The position numbers and the translations under genes were made by a program. Positions 21,585-31,812 of a DNA stretch of 64,000 nt are shown here, piece by piece. Positions within the stretch are counted from its first letter, which is position 1, and each line of letters starts with the position of its first letter. The DNA comes from Bacteroidaceae bacterium. GTDB taxonomy: Bacteria; Bacteroidota; Bacteroidia; Bacteroidales; Bacteroidaceae. The stretch lies in contig CAVJPC010000118.1 of NCBI GenBank assembly GCA_963651205.1, positions 1,756-65,755 of the forward strand. The letters are read 5' to 3'. The notes below the pieces were generated by a model, which did no database searches, was not told the DNA's origin, and worked only from the letters and a program-made list of their open reading frames with translations.

Positions 21585-22307
21585 TTATTTCAGTGTACCT
21601 GCTTCAGCCTGCTGAATCATTTTCTGGCTGGCATACATATATACTTCCACACGGCGATTCTGTTGGCGTCCTTCGGCTGTATCGTTGTTACCGATAGGAT
21701 CTGCCTGGCCCAAGCCTTCTACAGATTTAATCTGAGAGTTACCCACCCCACAGCTCAGCAAATAACTTGCTACACTCTGTGCACGTTCCTGTGACAGATT
21801 AAGGTTTTTCTGGATGCTTTGTTCAGCAGTGCTGTTTCTCCATCCTTGATTGTCAGTATAGCCATAGATAGATACATCCATGTCTCTGTTCTGATTCAAT
21901 ACGTTGTTGGCGAATTTGCTTAAAGCTGATTTAGCTTGCGGGCTCAATGCTGCATTTCCGGTATTGAAGAGGATACCGGAGTCGAAAGTAACTTTTACAG
22001 CCTGAAGGCCGTTGTTATCCGTTACCTGTTCCACCTGAGCACCTTGGATTTGGGCGGCTTCTGCGGCTGCCTTATCCATTTTCTTACCAATCAGCACACC
22101 GGCACCCGTACCAACTGCTGCACCGATAGCTGCACCGATAGCGGCACCTTTACCATGTCCGGCTATACCACCGATAATTGCTCCCAGAGCTGCGCCGCCG
22201 CCACCACCGATCAAGCCGCCTTTAGCGGTATTATTCATGTTACCACATCCACTGAATACTAATGTAGCACTCAGCAATAAAGCCATAATTTTACTCTTTT
22301 TCATAAT
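21585..22307 (-). CDS. OmpA-family lipoprotein with glycine zipper
   Basis: Lipobox FSGC, Gly-zipper, GYTD, LSQERA, NRRVE; start codon uncertain among nearby Mets. Confidence 0.9.
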   Translation of the reverse strand: MMKKSKIMALLLSATLVFSGCGNMNNTAKGGLIGGGGGAALGAIIGGIAGHGKGAAIGAAIGAAVGTGAGVLIGKKMDKAAAEAAQIQGAQVEQVTDNNGLQAVKVTFDSGILFNTGNAALSPQAKSALSKFANNVLNQNRDMDVSIYGYTDNQGWRNSTAEQSIQKNLNLSQERAQSVASYLLSCGVGNSQIKSVEGLGQADPIGNNDTAEGRQQNRRVEVYMYASQKMIQQAEAGTLK

Positions 22308-22352
22308 CATGTTCATTTTAATATATTAATGACTAAATTCAAAAAATGTTCA

Positions 22353-23696
22353 TTAAGCGGTCTGATAATTTAAAGCTTTTTTCTTGATAGCTATAAACCA
22401 GATCAGACATATAATTCCTTTCATAATACTGGTGATGCTTATGCTCCACCAAATACCCGGTAATCCCCAGCCCCACGATACAAACAGCAAAGCCATCGGA
22501 ATGCGCAGATAGTTGCAGCTTACGCTTATCACGGCAGGAGGCATGGTACGTCCCATTCCATAGAACACACCCTGTATGGTAATCTCCAGCATCATAAACA
22601 GTTGTGAGTATCCGTCGATGCGTAGAAATACGCCGCCGGCTTCATAGGCTGCTTTTTCGGGGACAAAGATAGAAAATATTTCGTTTCCGCAGTATATAAA
22701 AAGGAATGTACAGAAAGAACCGAATATAAATGTCATCCATAGCGTGGTACGATAGGCTTTCAGTACACGGTGAATCTGTCGTGCTGCATAGTTTTGGGCA
22801 ACAAAGGCACTGAGGGCAGTGGAAAACCCCTGTGAGGTATTCCAGGTAATAGCTTCGATTTGTCCTCCGGTAGTAAGTGCCATCAATCCCAAATGTCCAC
22901 CTTGTTCTGTGGCGGTTCTTCCAAGAAACATATTGACAAAAGCAAATAAGGTATTGAGGGTCGCTACCGGTAATCCTATTTTCAGGATGCGGTGGGTATA
23001 TAATTTCTTCAGTTTGGTAAATAACCTGAAGTTATCCCATAATATTTTCTTTTGTTTCAATTGATAGATAAATAGCATACACACAGTGGCTTCGGCCAGC
23101 CATGTGGCAATAGCCGCCCCTGTAGTTCCCCAACCTAAACCAAAGATAAAGAGAGGATCTAGTATTATGTTTGTAATCAGTCCGATACCATTAATGGAAA
23201 AAGGTATTTTACTTCGTCCGGCAGCATTGAATATTCCAGTGAAAGCGGCTGATAGAAAGACAAACGGAAAAGCGGTTGCTATGATCCGTAAATATTCCAC
23301 AGCCATTTCGGTTATATGGGGTTGCAGTTCGTAAATGCTGATAATAGGGGTGGCAAAGATGAACAATAATGCCCCCCATCCCAATGAGATAAGTAAGGAT
23401 AAAGTAATATTATGTGATGCGAATGCACGGGCGGCCTGTTCGTCCTGTGATCCGATGGCTTGTCCCACGCTGACTTCCGAACCTACTTTATTCAGCAGAG
23501 AGATAGAGGTGGACATCCATGTAAGGATACCTACCGAGCCTACGGCGGCTATCGCTTCACTTCCTATTCTTCCTACCCAAGCCATATCAGTCAGGCTATA
23601 TGCCATCTGTATGAATGAGGTGGCCATAATGGGCATTGCTAAAGTAAACAACTGCTTTAATATAGGGCCCTGAGTCAGATTCTTCGTTCCTTTCAT
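22353..23696 (-). CDS. MATE-family efflux transporter
   Basis: LTQGPILKQL, NIILDPLFIFG, about 12 hydrophobic segments. Confidence 0.92.
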   Translation of the reverse strand: MKGTKNLTQGPILKQLFTLAMPIMATSFIQMAYSLTDMAWVGRIGSEAIAAVGSVGILTWMSTSISLLNKVGSEVSVGQAIGSQDEQAARAFASHNITLSLLISLGWGALLFIFATPIISIYELQPHITEMAVEYLRIIATAFPFVFLSAAFTGIFNAAGRSKIPFSINGIGLITNIILDPLFIFGLGWGTTGAAIATWLAEATVCMLFIYQLKQKKILWDNFRLFTKLKKLYTHRILKIGLPVATLNTLFAFVNMFLGRTATEQGGHLGLMALTTGGQIEAITWNTSQGFSTALSAFVAQNYAARQIHRVLKAYRTTLWMTFIFGSFCTFLFIYCGNEIFSIFVPEKAAYEAGGVFLRIDGYSQLFMMLEITIQGVFYGMGRTMPPAVISVSCNYLRIPMALLFVSWGWGLPGIWWSISITSIMKGIICLIWFIAIKKKALNYQTA

Positions 23697-23842
23697 TCGT
23701 TGTTAACAGATAAATTGCCTGCAAAGGTAGAAATTTATTTCAAAAGGTCTGAATGTTCCATAAAAAAGACCTTGGGATTTCTTTAAAAGATAAAATTCTT
23801 TTTCAGAAATTCCAAGGCCTTTATGCTAATAGAAGTCGTTGG

Positions 23843-25123
23843 TTAGTAAGCGAAAATAGGATATTTCTTCATTGTTTCGTTTACACGTGCACGTACCTGT
23901 GCAATCACTTCTTCATTGTCTACATTTGAGAGAACTTTTTCAATCATTTCGGCAATTTCCAGCATCAGTTCTTCTTTAGCACCACGGGTTGTGATGGCAG
24001 GTGTACCCAAACGGATACCCGAAGTCTGGAAAGCGGAACGGCTGTCAAACGGAACCATGTTCTTGTTTACAGTGATATCAGCGGCAACCAATGCTTTTTC
24101 TGCTACCTTACCTGTCAGATCCGGATATTTGGTACGTAGGTCAACCAGCATGGAATGATTGTCCGTACCACCTGAAACGATGGTAAAGCCACGGTCAATT
24201 AAAGCTTGTGCCAGTACAGCTGCGTTCTTTTTTACCTGCGCCTGGTATTCTTTATATTCGGGTTGCAGGCATTCACCGAATGCAACGGCTTTTGCAGCAA
24301 TGACATGTTCCAGCGGTCCGCCTTGAATGCCGGGGAATACAGCAGAATCAATCAGTTGTGACATCATCTTGATTTCGCCTTTCGGAGTCTTTTTGCCCCA
24401 TGGGTTAGGGAAGTCTTTGCCAATCATGATTACACCACCGCGAGGACCACGAAGCGTCTTGTGCGTTGTTGAAGTAACAATGTGAGCATATTTAACCGGG
24501 TTTTCCAATAATCCGGCAGCAATCAGTCCCGCAGGATGAGCCATATCGATCATCAGGATAGCTCCGACTTTGTCTGCTATTTCACGCATACGCTTGTAAT
24601 CCCATTCACGAGAATATGCTGACCCCCCACCGATAATCATTTTCGGTTTTTCACGCAATGCGATTTCTTCCATTTGGTCGTAGTCTACACGACCTGTTTC
24701 TTTATTCAGGTTGTATTCACACGGAGTATAAATAAGTCCGGATGTGTTTACCAATGAACCATGTGACAAATGGCCGCCATGAGCCAGATTCAATCCCATG
24801 AATTTATCACCCGGATTCAAAACAGCCAGGAATACGGCAGCATTAGCCTGTGCTCCTGAGTGAGGTTGTACGTTAGCCCATTCTGCCCCGAAGATTTGTT
24901 TCAGTCTGTCGATAGCGATTTGTTCGCTCTGGTCTACCACTTCGCAACCGCCATAGTAGCGCTTGCCGGGATACCCTTCAGCATACTTGTTGGTAAGGCA
25001 AGAACCCATAGCTTGCATTACTTGGTCACTAACAAAGTTTTCGGATGCGATCAGCTCGATACCTTTGAGCTGGCGTTGATGCTCTTTTTCGATAATGTCG
25101 AAAATCAAATCGTCTCTTTTCAT
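23843..25123 (-). CDS. glyA: Serine hydroxymethyltransferase
   Basis: [32 protein letters not shown]. Confidence 0.98.
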   Translation of the reverse strand: MKRDDLIFDIIEKEHQRQLKGIELIASENFVSDQVMQAMGSCLTNKYAEGYPGKRYYGGCEVVDQSEQIAIDRLKQIFGAEWANVQPHSGAQANAAVFLAVLNPGDKFMGLNLAHGGHLSHGSLVNTSGLIYTPCEYNLNKETGRVDYDQMEEIALREKPKMIIGGGSAYSREWDYKRMREIADKVGAILMIDMAHPAGLIAAGLLENPVKYAHIVTSTTHKTLRGPRGGVIMIGKDFPNPWGKKTPKGEIKMMSQLIDSAVFPGIQGGPLEHVIAAKAVAFGECLQPEYKEYQAQVKKNAAVLAQALIDRGFTIVSGGTDNHSMLVDLRTKYPDLTGKVAEKALVAADITVNKNMVPFDSRSAFQTSGIRLGTPAITTRGAKEELMLEIAEMIEKVLSNVDNEEVIAQVRARVNETMKKYPIFAY

Positions 25124-25378
25124 TTCTTTTTATAATAAGTTTATGTGCGATATTCGATTCTGAGCTCACAAAGTTAAGTAATTTTAGAATATAAGGAAAT
25201 TATTTAGAAGAAAATATTCAGTGAAATTCCAGAAAAAACAACCCTAACTTTCTTTTTGTTATATCAATGGAAATGAAATGATTAAAAGACTTTATTTGAA
25301 AACTGTTCTTTTAAGGAAATCGTTCTTGCAGGTATCATTATGATAGATGCAAAAAACTGATGAGAAAGCATTCCTGCT

Positions 25379-26098
25379 TTAAAAAATAACCCCTAGCGAG
25401 AAGCTTAATACATTGCGGTGACGATTGATGAAAATACCTTTCTCCCGAGTGGCCACTTCGGGCGTATTCTTTTCATAAGTGATTGATTTAGATATATTTG
25501 TAAACCCTATTTCATAACGGAAATCAAAGAATATATTGGCGATATTCACGCCTAATCCGATGACGGAGCTTACATTGAAAGGGCGTAGTTCTTCTTTGAT
25601 GCCGGGATGCCCGAATCCTTCAAATTCTTCCGTCGTTTTATACTTCCATACATATTCCAGCTTGGGACCAATAAAGAGCGCCATGCCATAAGGGCGGGTC
25701 TTTACGAAACTGTAACCATATAATATAGGTAATTCCAAAGAATGGATGGTACTGTTCAGCTTGGCAAATTCGGGAGTCGTATTTTCATGATTCTGGTTCT
25801 TGTTAAAAGCGATTTCTCCTTTATAGACATTGTACATTATTTCGGGTTGGATGAAATGCCTTTTCATATGTACTCTGAAAAACATGGCGGCGAAATACCC
25901 CACCTTATAGTTATTTTGCACGTCTTCCATCCGTTCGCCATCCAGCTCCAGACGGCTGGTGAAATACATGGAAGAATTGAAGCCTCCTTTTATTCCCACA
26001 TTCATTTTAGGTTCCTTTTTCGGACCTTGCTTCTCCGCCTGCGCCTGAAAGGATAGGGTGGGAAACCATAAAGCGATTAATAAAAGGAGCGTCTTCAT
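25379..26098 (-). CDS. Outer-membrane beta-barrel (porin family) protein
   Basis: Signal peptide; GIKGGFN, IQPEIMY, terminal SLGVIF. Confidence 0.8.
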   Translation of the reverse strand: MKTLLLLIALWFPTLSFQAQAEKQGPKKEPKMNVGIKGGFNSSMYFTSRLELDGERMEDVQNNYKVGYFAAMFFRVHMKRHFIQPEIMYNVYKGEIAFNKNQNHENTTPEFAKLNSTIHSLELPILYGYSFVKTRPYGMALFIGPKLEYVWKYKTTEEFEGFGHPGIKEELRPFNVSSVIGLGVNIANIFFDFRYEIGFTNISKSITYEKNTPEVATREKGIFINRHRNVLSFSLGVIF

Positions 26099-26107
26099 GC
26101 GTTGTTC

Positions 26108-26695
26108 TTATGTTTTTTCTTTACCCCGTGATTTGTTCTTCTCTACTGACCAGCCGAACTTTCCTATTTTGGGCCCCAGTTCGAAATAACCGCCATGAAC
26201 ATATACCAACGGATTGGCTTGGGACAATTCGAATTTTCCGGTTTCTCCGTTCAGGTATTTATCATCTGCCTTCACATTTACCACATCGGCAATGAACATA
26301 TCATGAGATCCTAATGAGATAATCTCCTTTACCCTGCACTCTATACAGAGTGGAGATTCCTCGATGATGGGAGCATTGACTATCTTTGCTTTACCTGGGG
26401 TGAGCTTCATTTCTTCGAATTTATTGTAATCCTTGCCCGAACGCACTCCGCACCAGTCGGTGGCAAATGCCATGTCTTTAGTAGTAAGGTTGATGACAAA
26501 TTCCATATTCCGTTTCAAAATGGGGTAGGAATGGCGTTCCGGACGCACGGATATATAGCACATGGCGGGGTTGGTACAAATAGTACCTGCCCACGCCACT
26601 GTGATAATGTTATATTCTTCTTCCGTACTTCCGCAACTTACCAATAGGGCCGGAAGAGGATAAATCATAGTTCCCGGTTTCCAGTCTTGTTTCAT
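26108..26695 (-). CDS. Flavin reductase family protein
   Basis: YPLPALLVS, CGVRSGKDYNK, ECRV...GSHDMFIADV. Confidence 0.9.
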   Translation of the reverse strand: MKQDWKPGTMIYPLPALLVSCGSTEEEYNIITVAWAGTICTNPAMCYISVRPERHSYPILKRNMEFVINLTTKDMAFATDWCGVRSGKDYNKFEEMKLTPGKAKIVNAPIIEESPLCIECRVKEIISLGSHDMFIADVVNVKADDKYLNGETGKFELSQANPLVYVHGGYFELGPKIGKFGWSVEKNKSRGKEKT

Positions 26696-26700
26696 AATGA

Positions 26701-27168
26701 TTAAAGCAGTTTGATACCTTCCTTACTTTGTTCCTTTTCGCAGTAGTGACATTTCAAGATTCCATGTTCTTTGTCAATCACATGGAACAAGGTGGTCATC
26801 GGCTCGTTATTGGTGATACATTTGGGATTGGCGCATTTTACAATGCCGCGCAGTTCCTGAGGCATCAATACTTGTTTCTTTTCTACTACCTCATAATCAC
26901 GGATAATGTTCAGTTTTACATTCGGAGCCACTACGGAGAGGCGGCTTATTTCCTCGTCGGTAAAGAAGCGGTCGGCCACTTTAATAATTCCTTTTTTGCC
27001 CAGTTTCTTGCTCTCAAAGTTGTTTCCGATGGTTATGTTAGAGTCTGAATCCTGTAATCCCAATAAGGCAACTACAGTAAACAGTTTGTCGGAAGGTATA
27101 TGGTCTATGACAGTGCCGTTTTTCAAAGCAGCTACCTGCAATGCTTGTTTATTATCACTCATCTTCAT
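26701..27168 (-). CDS. pyrI: Aspartate carbamoyltransferase regulatory subunit
   Basis: [23 protein letters not shown] zinc ligands. Confidence 0.97.
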   Translation of the reverse strand: MKMSDNKQALQVAALKNGTVIDHIPSDKLFTVVALLGLQDSDSNITIGNNFESKKLGKKGIIKVADRFFTDEEISRLSVVAPNVKLNIIRDYEVVEKKQVLMPQELRGIVKCANPKCITNNEPMTTLFHVIDKEHGILKCHYCEKEQSKEGIKLL

Positions 27169-27177
27169 TTTTGTTTT

Positions 27178-28119
27178 TTACTTTTTTGCATCTTCTATAA
27201 CATCGTCCAAAGTTATGCCCAATACATCACAAAGAATGGCTTGGCGCGCATAAAGTCCGTTTTGTGCCTGCTGGAAATAGTAAGCTTTCGGGTTCTCGTC
27301 CACATCATAAGCTATTTCATTGACGCGGGGTAGCGGGTGCAGGATACGCAAATTGGGACGGGTATGTTCCAGCATCTTATTCCTTAATATATATACGTCC
27401 TTCACTCGTTCATACTCCATCAGGTCGGTGAAACGCTCACGTTGTACACGGGTCATGTAAAGAATGTCGGCATCTGCAATGGTTTCTTCGTTGAAGTCAG
27501 TATATTCTTTATATTTGATGTGATGCTCCTTGCAGTATATTTTATATTCTTCGGGCATTTTCAGTTCTTCGGGAGCAACGAAATGGAAAGTAGGATTGAA
27601 GTGGCGCATGGCCATCAGCAGAGAATGAACGGTACGTCCATATTTCAAATCACCCACCAGATAGATATTCAGATTTTCGAGTGTTCCCTGTGTTTTGTAT
27701 ATGGAATAGAGGTCTAGCATGGTTTGTGACGGATGCTGGTTGGCTCCGTCTCCGGCATTGACTATGGGCACCGGGGCAACTTCACTGGCATATCTTGCAG
27801 CACCTTCCAGAAAATGACGCATCACGATGATATCGGCATAATTGCTTACCATCATAATGGTATCTTTCAATGTTTCTCCTTTTGAGGAACTGGTTACTTT
27901 GGGATCGGTGAATCCGATAACACGCGCCCCCAATCTGTTTGCTGCTGTTTCAAAACTGAGTCTTGTACGGGTGGAGGGCTCAAAGAATAGGGTAGCAACC
28001 ACTTTGCCGTCCAGAATTTTACGGTTAGGCTTCTTTTCAAACTCTTTTGCCATCTCCAAGAGATAGAGGATTTTCTCTTTCGAGTGTTCGGCAATAGTAA
28101 CTAAACTTCTATTTTCCAT
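27178..28119 (-). CDS. pyrB: Aspartate carbamoyltransferase catalytic subunit
   Basis: [32 protein letters not shown]. Confidence 0.98.
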   Translation of the reverse strand: MENRSLVTIAEHSKEKILYLLEMAKEFEKKPNRKILDGKVVATLFFEPSTRTRLSFETAANRLGARVIGFTDPKVTSSSKGETLKDTIMMVSNYADIIVMRHFLEGAARYASEVAPVPIVNAGDGANQHPSQTMLDLYSIYKTQGTLENLNIYLVGDLKYGRTVHSLLMAMRHFNPTFHFVAPEELKMPEEYKIYCKEHHIKYKEYTDFNEETIADADILYMTRVQRERFTDLMEYERVKDVYILRNKMLEHTRPNLRILHPLPRVNEIAYDVDENPKAYYFQQAQNGLYARQAILCDVLGITLDDVIEDAKK

Positions 28120-28279
28120 ATGGGTTTGTATTTATAATTACAACTTATACGGAGCGTAAAGGTATGAAAAAAAAATAAATGAGCGAAGATTTAAAAGATA
28201 TTTCGTTGAACTTTGTTAGAAACACATTCTATCTCAAAGTTTTTCCTTACTTTTGCACCATTAATTACTAGATAACGAC

Positions 28280-30607
28280 ATGAGGAAGAAATTTATATAT
28301 GTGCTTTGGGCTCTTGTAGTAGGCGTGCTGTTAGTTATAGCGTTCATATTCACTGCAATAGCGGAGGGATGGATTGGATATGTACCACCTATTGAAGAAT
28401 TAGAAAATCCGAATTTAAAGTTTGCAACCGAGATTATATCCGATGATGGCAAAATGCTGGGCACTTGGTCGCTTAGTAAGGAGAACCGTGTGTTTGTGGG
28501 CTATGACCAGCTTTCACCCAATGTCATTAAAGCATTGATTGCTACGGAAGATGAGCGTTTCAAAGATCATTCCGGTATTGATGCCCGCGCCTTTATTCGT
28601 GCGCTGGTGAAACGTGGTGTGATGATGCAGAAGAATGCCGGTGGAGGTAGTACCATAACCCAGCAGTTGGCAAAACAATTCTATTCACCTACGGCGGATA
28701 ATGTGATGGAACGGTTGTTGCAGAAACCTATTGAATGGGTGATCGCCGTTCAGTTGGAACGCTATTATACAAAAGAAGAGATTCTGACCATGTACCTTAA
28801 TAAGTTTGACTTCCTGAATAATGCGGTCGGTATCAAGACAGCTGCCAATACTTATTTCTCTAAGGAGCCGAAAGATCTGGCCATCGAGGAAGCAGCTACC
28901 TTGGTAGGTATGTGCAAGAATCCGTCACTTTATAATCCGAAACGGTTTAACGAGCGGTCACGCGGACGCCGTAATGTGGTGCTTGACCAGATGCGAAAGG
29001 CAGGATACCTGACTGATGCGGAAGCCGATTCATTAAAGGCATTACCATTGGTACTGAAGTATCGCCGCGTAGACCATAAAGAAGGTTTGGCAACTTACTT
29101 CCGTGAATATTTGCGTGGTGTAATGACCGCCAAGGAACCGAAGAAGAGCGACTACCGTGGATGGCAGATGCAGAAATATTATGAGGATTCACTGGCATGG
29201 AAGACTAATCCGCTTTTCGGCTGGTGTGCCAAGAATAAGAAAAAAGACGGTACGAACTATAATATCTATACAGATGGCTTGAAGATTTATACCACCATCG
29301 ACTCACGTATGCAGAAATATGCTGAAGAAGCGGTTTATGAACATGTGGCACAATACCTCCAACCTCGTTTCTTCAAGGAAAAACTGAAAAAGAAAACGGC
29401 TCCGTTTACCAATCAGCTCACCGAAGAAGAGGTAAATTCTATCATGACCAGAGCCATGAAACAGACCGACCGATATCGCACCATGAAAGAGGCAGGATGC
29501 TCGGAAGCGGAAATAAAGAAGGCGTTCAATACTAAATATGAAATGTCCGTATTTTCATACGAGGGCGAAAAGGATACCATTATGACTCCTATGGATTCTC
29601 TGAAATATTATAAGTTCTTCCTGAGAGCAGGTTTCATGTCTATGGACCCGTTGACCGGCCATGTGAAGGCTTATGTAGGTGGCCCTAACTATAATTATTT
29701 CCAGTATGATATGGCAATGGTGGGTCGCCGGCAGGTAGGTTCTACCATTAAACCTTATGTATATACATTGGCAATGGAGAACGGTTTCTCCCCCTGTGAC
29801 CAGGTTCGTCACGTGGAACAGACTTTGATAGATGAAAATGGCCGTCCGTGGTCACCACGTAACGCCAGTAAGAAGCGTTATGGAGAAATGGTAACTATCA
29901 AATGGGGGCTGGCTAATTCTGATAACTGGGTAACAGCTTATCTGATGGGAAAACTTAGTCCGTATGCTTTGGTTCGTCTGATTCACTCGTTTGGTGTACA
30001 GAATAAACAAATAGATCCGGTTGTCTCACTTTGTCTGGGGCCTTGTGAGATCTCTGTAGGAGAGATGGTCAGCGCTTATTCGGCATTTGCCAACCGGGGG
30101 ATACGTACAGCGCCGGTATTTGTAACCCGTATTGAAGATAATGAAGGAAATGTATTGGCGAATTTCACTCCTCAAATGGATGAGGTAATCAGTGAAACCA
30201 GTGCTTACAAGATGTTGGTCATGCTGCGTGCAGTAATCAATGAAGGTACCGGTGGCCGTGTGCGCCGTCTGTATGGCATTACTGCCGATATGGGTGGCAA
30301 GACAGGTACGACTAACCGCAACTCTGACGGATGGTTCATGGGATTTACTCCGTCCTTGGTTTCCGGTGTTTGGGTAGGCGGTGAAGAACGTGATATTCAC
30401 TTTGATACGATGGTAGACGGGCAGGGTGCTGCTATGGCTCTTCCCATTTGGGGGCTTTATATGCAGAAAGTTTATAAAGACAAGAGTTTGGGATACTCTC
30501 AGGACGAGAGATTCAATATTCCCGATGACTTTGATCCTTGTAAGGATACCTTAATAGATGATGTTTCGGTGGAAGAAACCGGAGGATTAGATAACATATT
30601 TGAATAA
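28280..30607 (+). CDS. Class A penicillin-binding protein (PBP1A)
   Basis: EDERF, GGSTITQQLAK transglycosylase; GSTIKP, SDN, GKTGT transpeptidase motifs. Confidence 0.95.
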   Translation: MRKKFIYVLWALVVGVLLVIAFIFTAIAEGWIGYVPPIEELENPNLKFATEIISDDGKMLGTWSLSKENRVFVGYDQLSPNVIKALIATEDERFKDHSGIDARAFIRALVKRGVMMQKNAGGGSTITQQLAKQFYSPTADNVMERLLQKPIEWVIAVQLERYYTKEEILTMYLNKFDFLNNAVGIKTAANTYFSKEPKDLAIEEAATLVGMCKNPSLYNPKRFNERSRGRRNVVLDQMRKAGYLTDAEADSLKALPLVLKYRRVDHKEGLATYFREYLRGVMTAKEPKKSDYRGWQMQKYYEDSLAWKTNPLFGWCAKNKKKDGTNYNIYTDGLKIYTTIDSRMQKYAEEAVYEHVAQYLQPRFFKEKLKKKTAPFTNQLTEEEVNSIMTRAMKQTDRYRTMKEAGCSEAEIKKAFNTKYEMSVFSYEGEKDTIMTPMDSLKYYKFFLRAGFMSMDPLTGHVKAYVGGPNYNYFQYDMAMVGRRQVGSTIKPYVYTLAMENGFSPCDQVRHVEQTLIDENGRPWSPRNASKKRYGEMVTIKWGLANSDNWVTAYLMGKLSPYALVRLIHSFGVQNKQIDPVVSLCLGPCEISVGEMVSAYSAFANRGIRTAPVFVTRIEDNEGNVLANFTPQMDEVISETSAYKMLVMLRAVINEGTGGRVRRLYGITADMGGKTGTTNRNSDGWFMGFTPSLVSGVWVGGEERDIHFDTMVDGQGAAMALPIWGLYMQKVYKDKSLGYSQDERFNIPDDFDPCKDTLIDDVSVEETGGLDNIFE

Positions 30608-30622
30608 TTGGTAGATCTAAAT

Positions 30623-30661
30623 AAAAAAGCCTGTTTGCAAGAAAGTAAACAGGCTTTTTTT
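30623..30661. terminator. Rho-independent terminator after PBP1A
   Basis: AAAAAAGCCTGTTTGC-AAGAAA-GTAAACAGGCTTTTTT. Confidence 0.75.
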
Positions 30662-30702
30662 GTTCCTGTTCCCTTATAACCCATTCCTTTTCTCACCCCA
30701 CT

Positions 30703-30861
30703 ATAGAGGCGGAGTTTGCCCCATCGTCTGACAGTTATGGGGGCGCTCACCCGAATACATTCTGAAAAGTGTATTTGTAGATGTATTCGGGCGACCGGAC
30801 GTCGCACCTACAGTAGATGTATTCTTTAGCCTGACGGTTATGCGATGTAATCCACCCCTAT
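30703..30861. mobile_element. REP cluster 3: inverted copy of the nested REP/IS231-like-end architecture with collapsed inner element
   Basis: Truncated REP 30703-30721, collapsed ends 30722-30739, REP 30789-30811, end 30825-30842 (minus), truncated REP 30843-30861. Confidence 0.7.
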
Positions 30862-31023
30862 GGTGGACAGCAAACACACATAGTAAATATTTTATATAAA
30901 AAGAAAGAAACCCCTTGCTTTTTCATTGAAAAATGCTATATTTACGAAAAGTAAATCTTTACTTGATAAAGATAGGAGGTAATTATGGATAGAGATATAA
31001 CTCTGTATCAGATAACTAACATC

Positions 31024-31812
31024 ATGGCCGAGAAAGTTTTTCAAAAGATAGACAACTTCAATAAAGGCCGTAGAGAAGATGCGGGATTTTACGCAATCAG
31101 TGTTTCCACTCCTTACCGGTCATACTACGCTTTATGGCGTATATTTCCGGACAATACTTACTCCCCTCTGTTTATCCAGTCCCTGGCCATAACTTTTGAC
31201 GATGCGGCGGAACGTGCCTTTCAGTATTTGCAAAACTGCAATGTTTTGCTGAAAGTAAAGGATAATACTTTCTTTGAACCTTATTACGGAATTTCCGAAG
31301 ACATTGTTGCTTTTGGAAAATATCGCGGAAAAAGATTGGCGGAAGTATATTACATTGACCCCAACTATGTGCTCTGGCTGGCACATAAATTTGAACCCCG
31401 GAACCCCAGAGACAAGAAACTGGCGGTATTGGCAAAAGCTTTTGCCACTGTCCATTATGAAACGGTCATCAGAAAGCACCGTTTGCCTGCCGGAAGTCGT
31501 TTTATTGGGGAGCCCGGAGAAAAACTGACTGATTTACATCTGGAAGTTCTGGGGACAAGGTTACAACTGGATGCTTACAAGACAAAAGGGTACTATGTAG
31601 ACCAGAGTGTGCTAGCTGCCGACGCTGACGGTAACCGCTATACTTTTATTATTAAGGCAGCAACTCCCAGTATGTCACCGGATATGCTGAGTTGTTACAC
31701 CCGGAAAATAAACCCGCATGAAAGTCTGTATATCAAATCGGCCAAAGTCCTCTCTCATTATGAGAGCAAAGGAATTAAATGCACGCGCATAGGATACTTG
31801 AAATTCAAGTAG
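31024..31812 (+). CDS. Hypothetical protein with FGKY (DUF3820/QSregVF_b-like) motif and probable C-terminal OB fold
   Basis: VAFGKYRGKRLAEVYYIDPNYVLWL; beta-rich C-terminus. Start could be 30985. Confidence 0.65.
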   Translation: MAEKVFQKIDNFNKGRREDAGFYAISVSTPYRSYYALWRIFPDNTYSPLFIQSLAITFDDAAERAFQYLQNCNVLLKVKDNTFFEPYYGISEDIVAFGKYRGKRLAEVYYIDPNYVLWLAHKFEPRNPRDKKLAVLAKAFATVHYETVIRKHRLPAGSRFIGEPGEKLTDLHLEVLGTRLQLDAYKTKGYYVDQSVLAADADGNRYTFIIKAATPSMSPDMLSCYTRKINPHESLYIKSAKVLSHYESKGIKCTRIGYLKFK

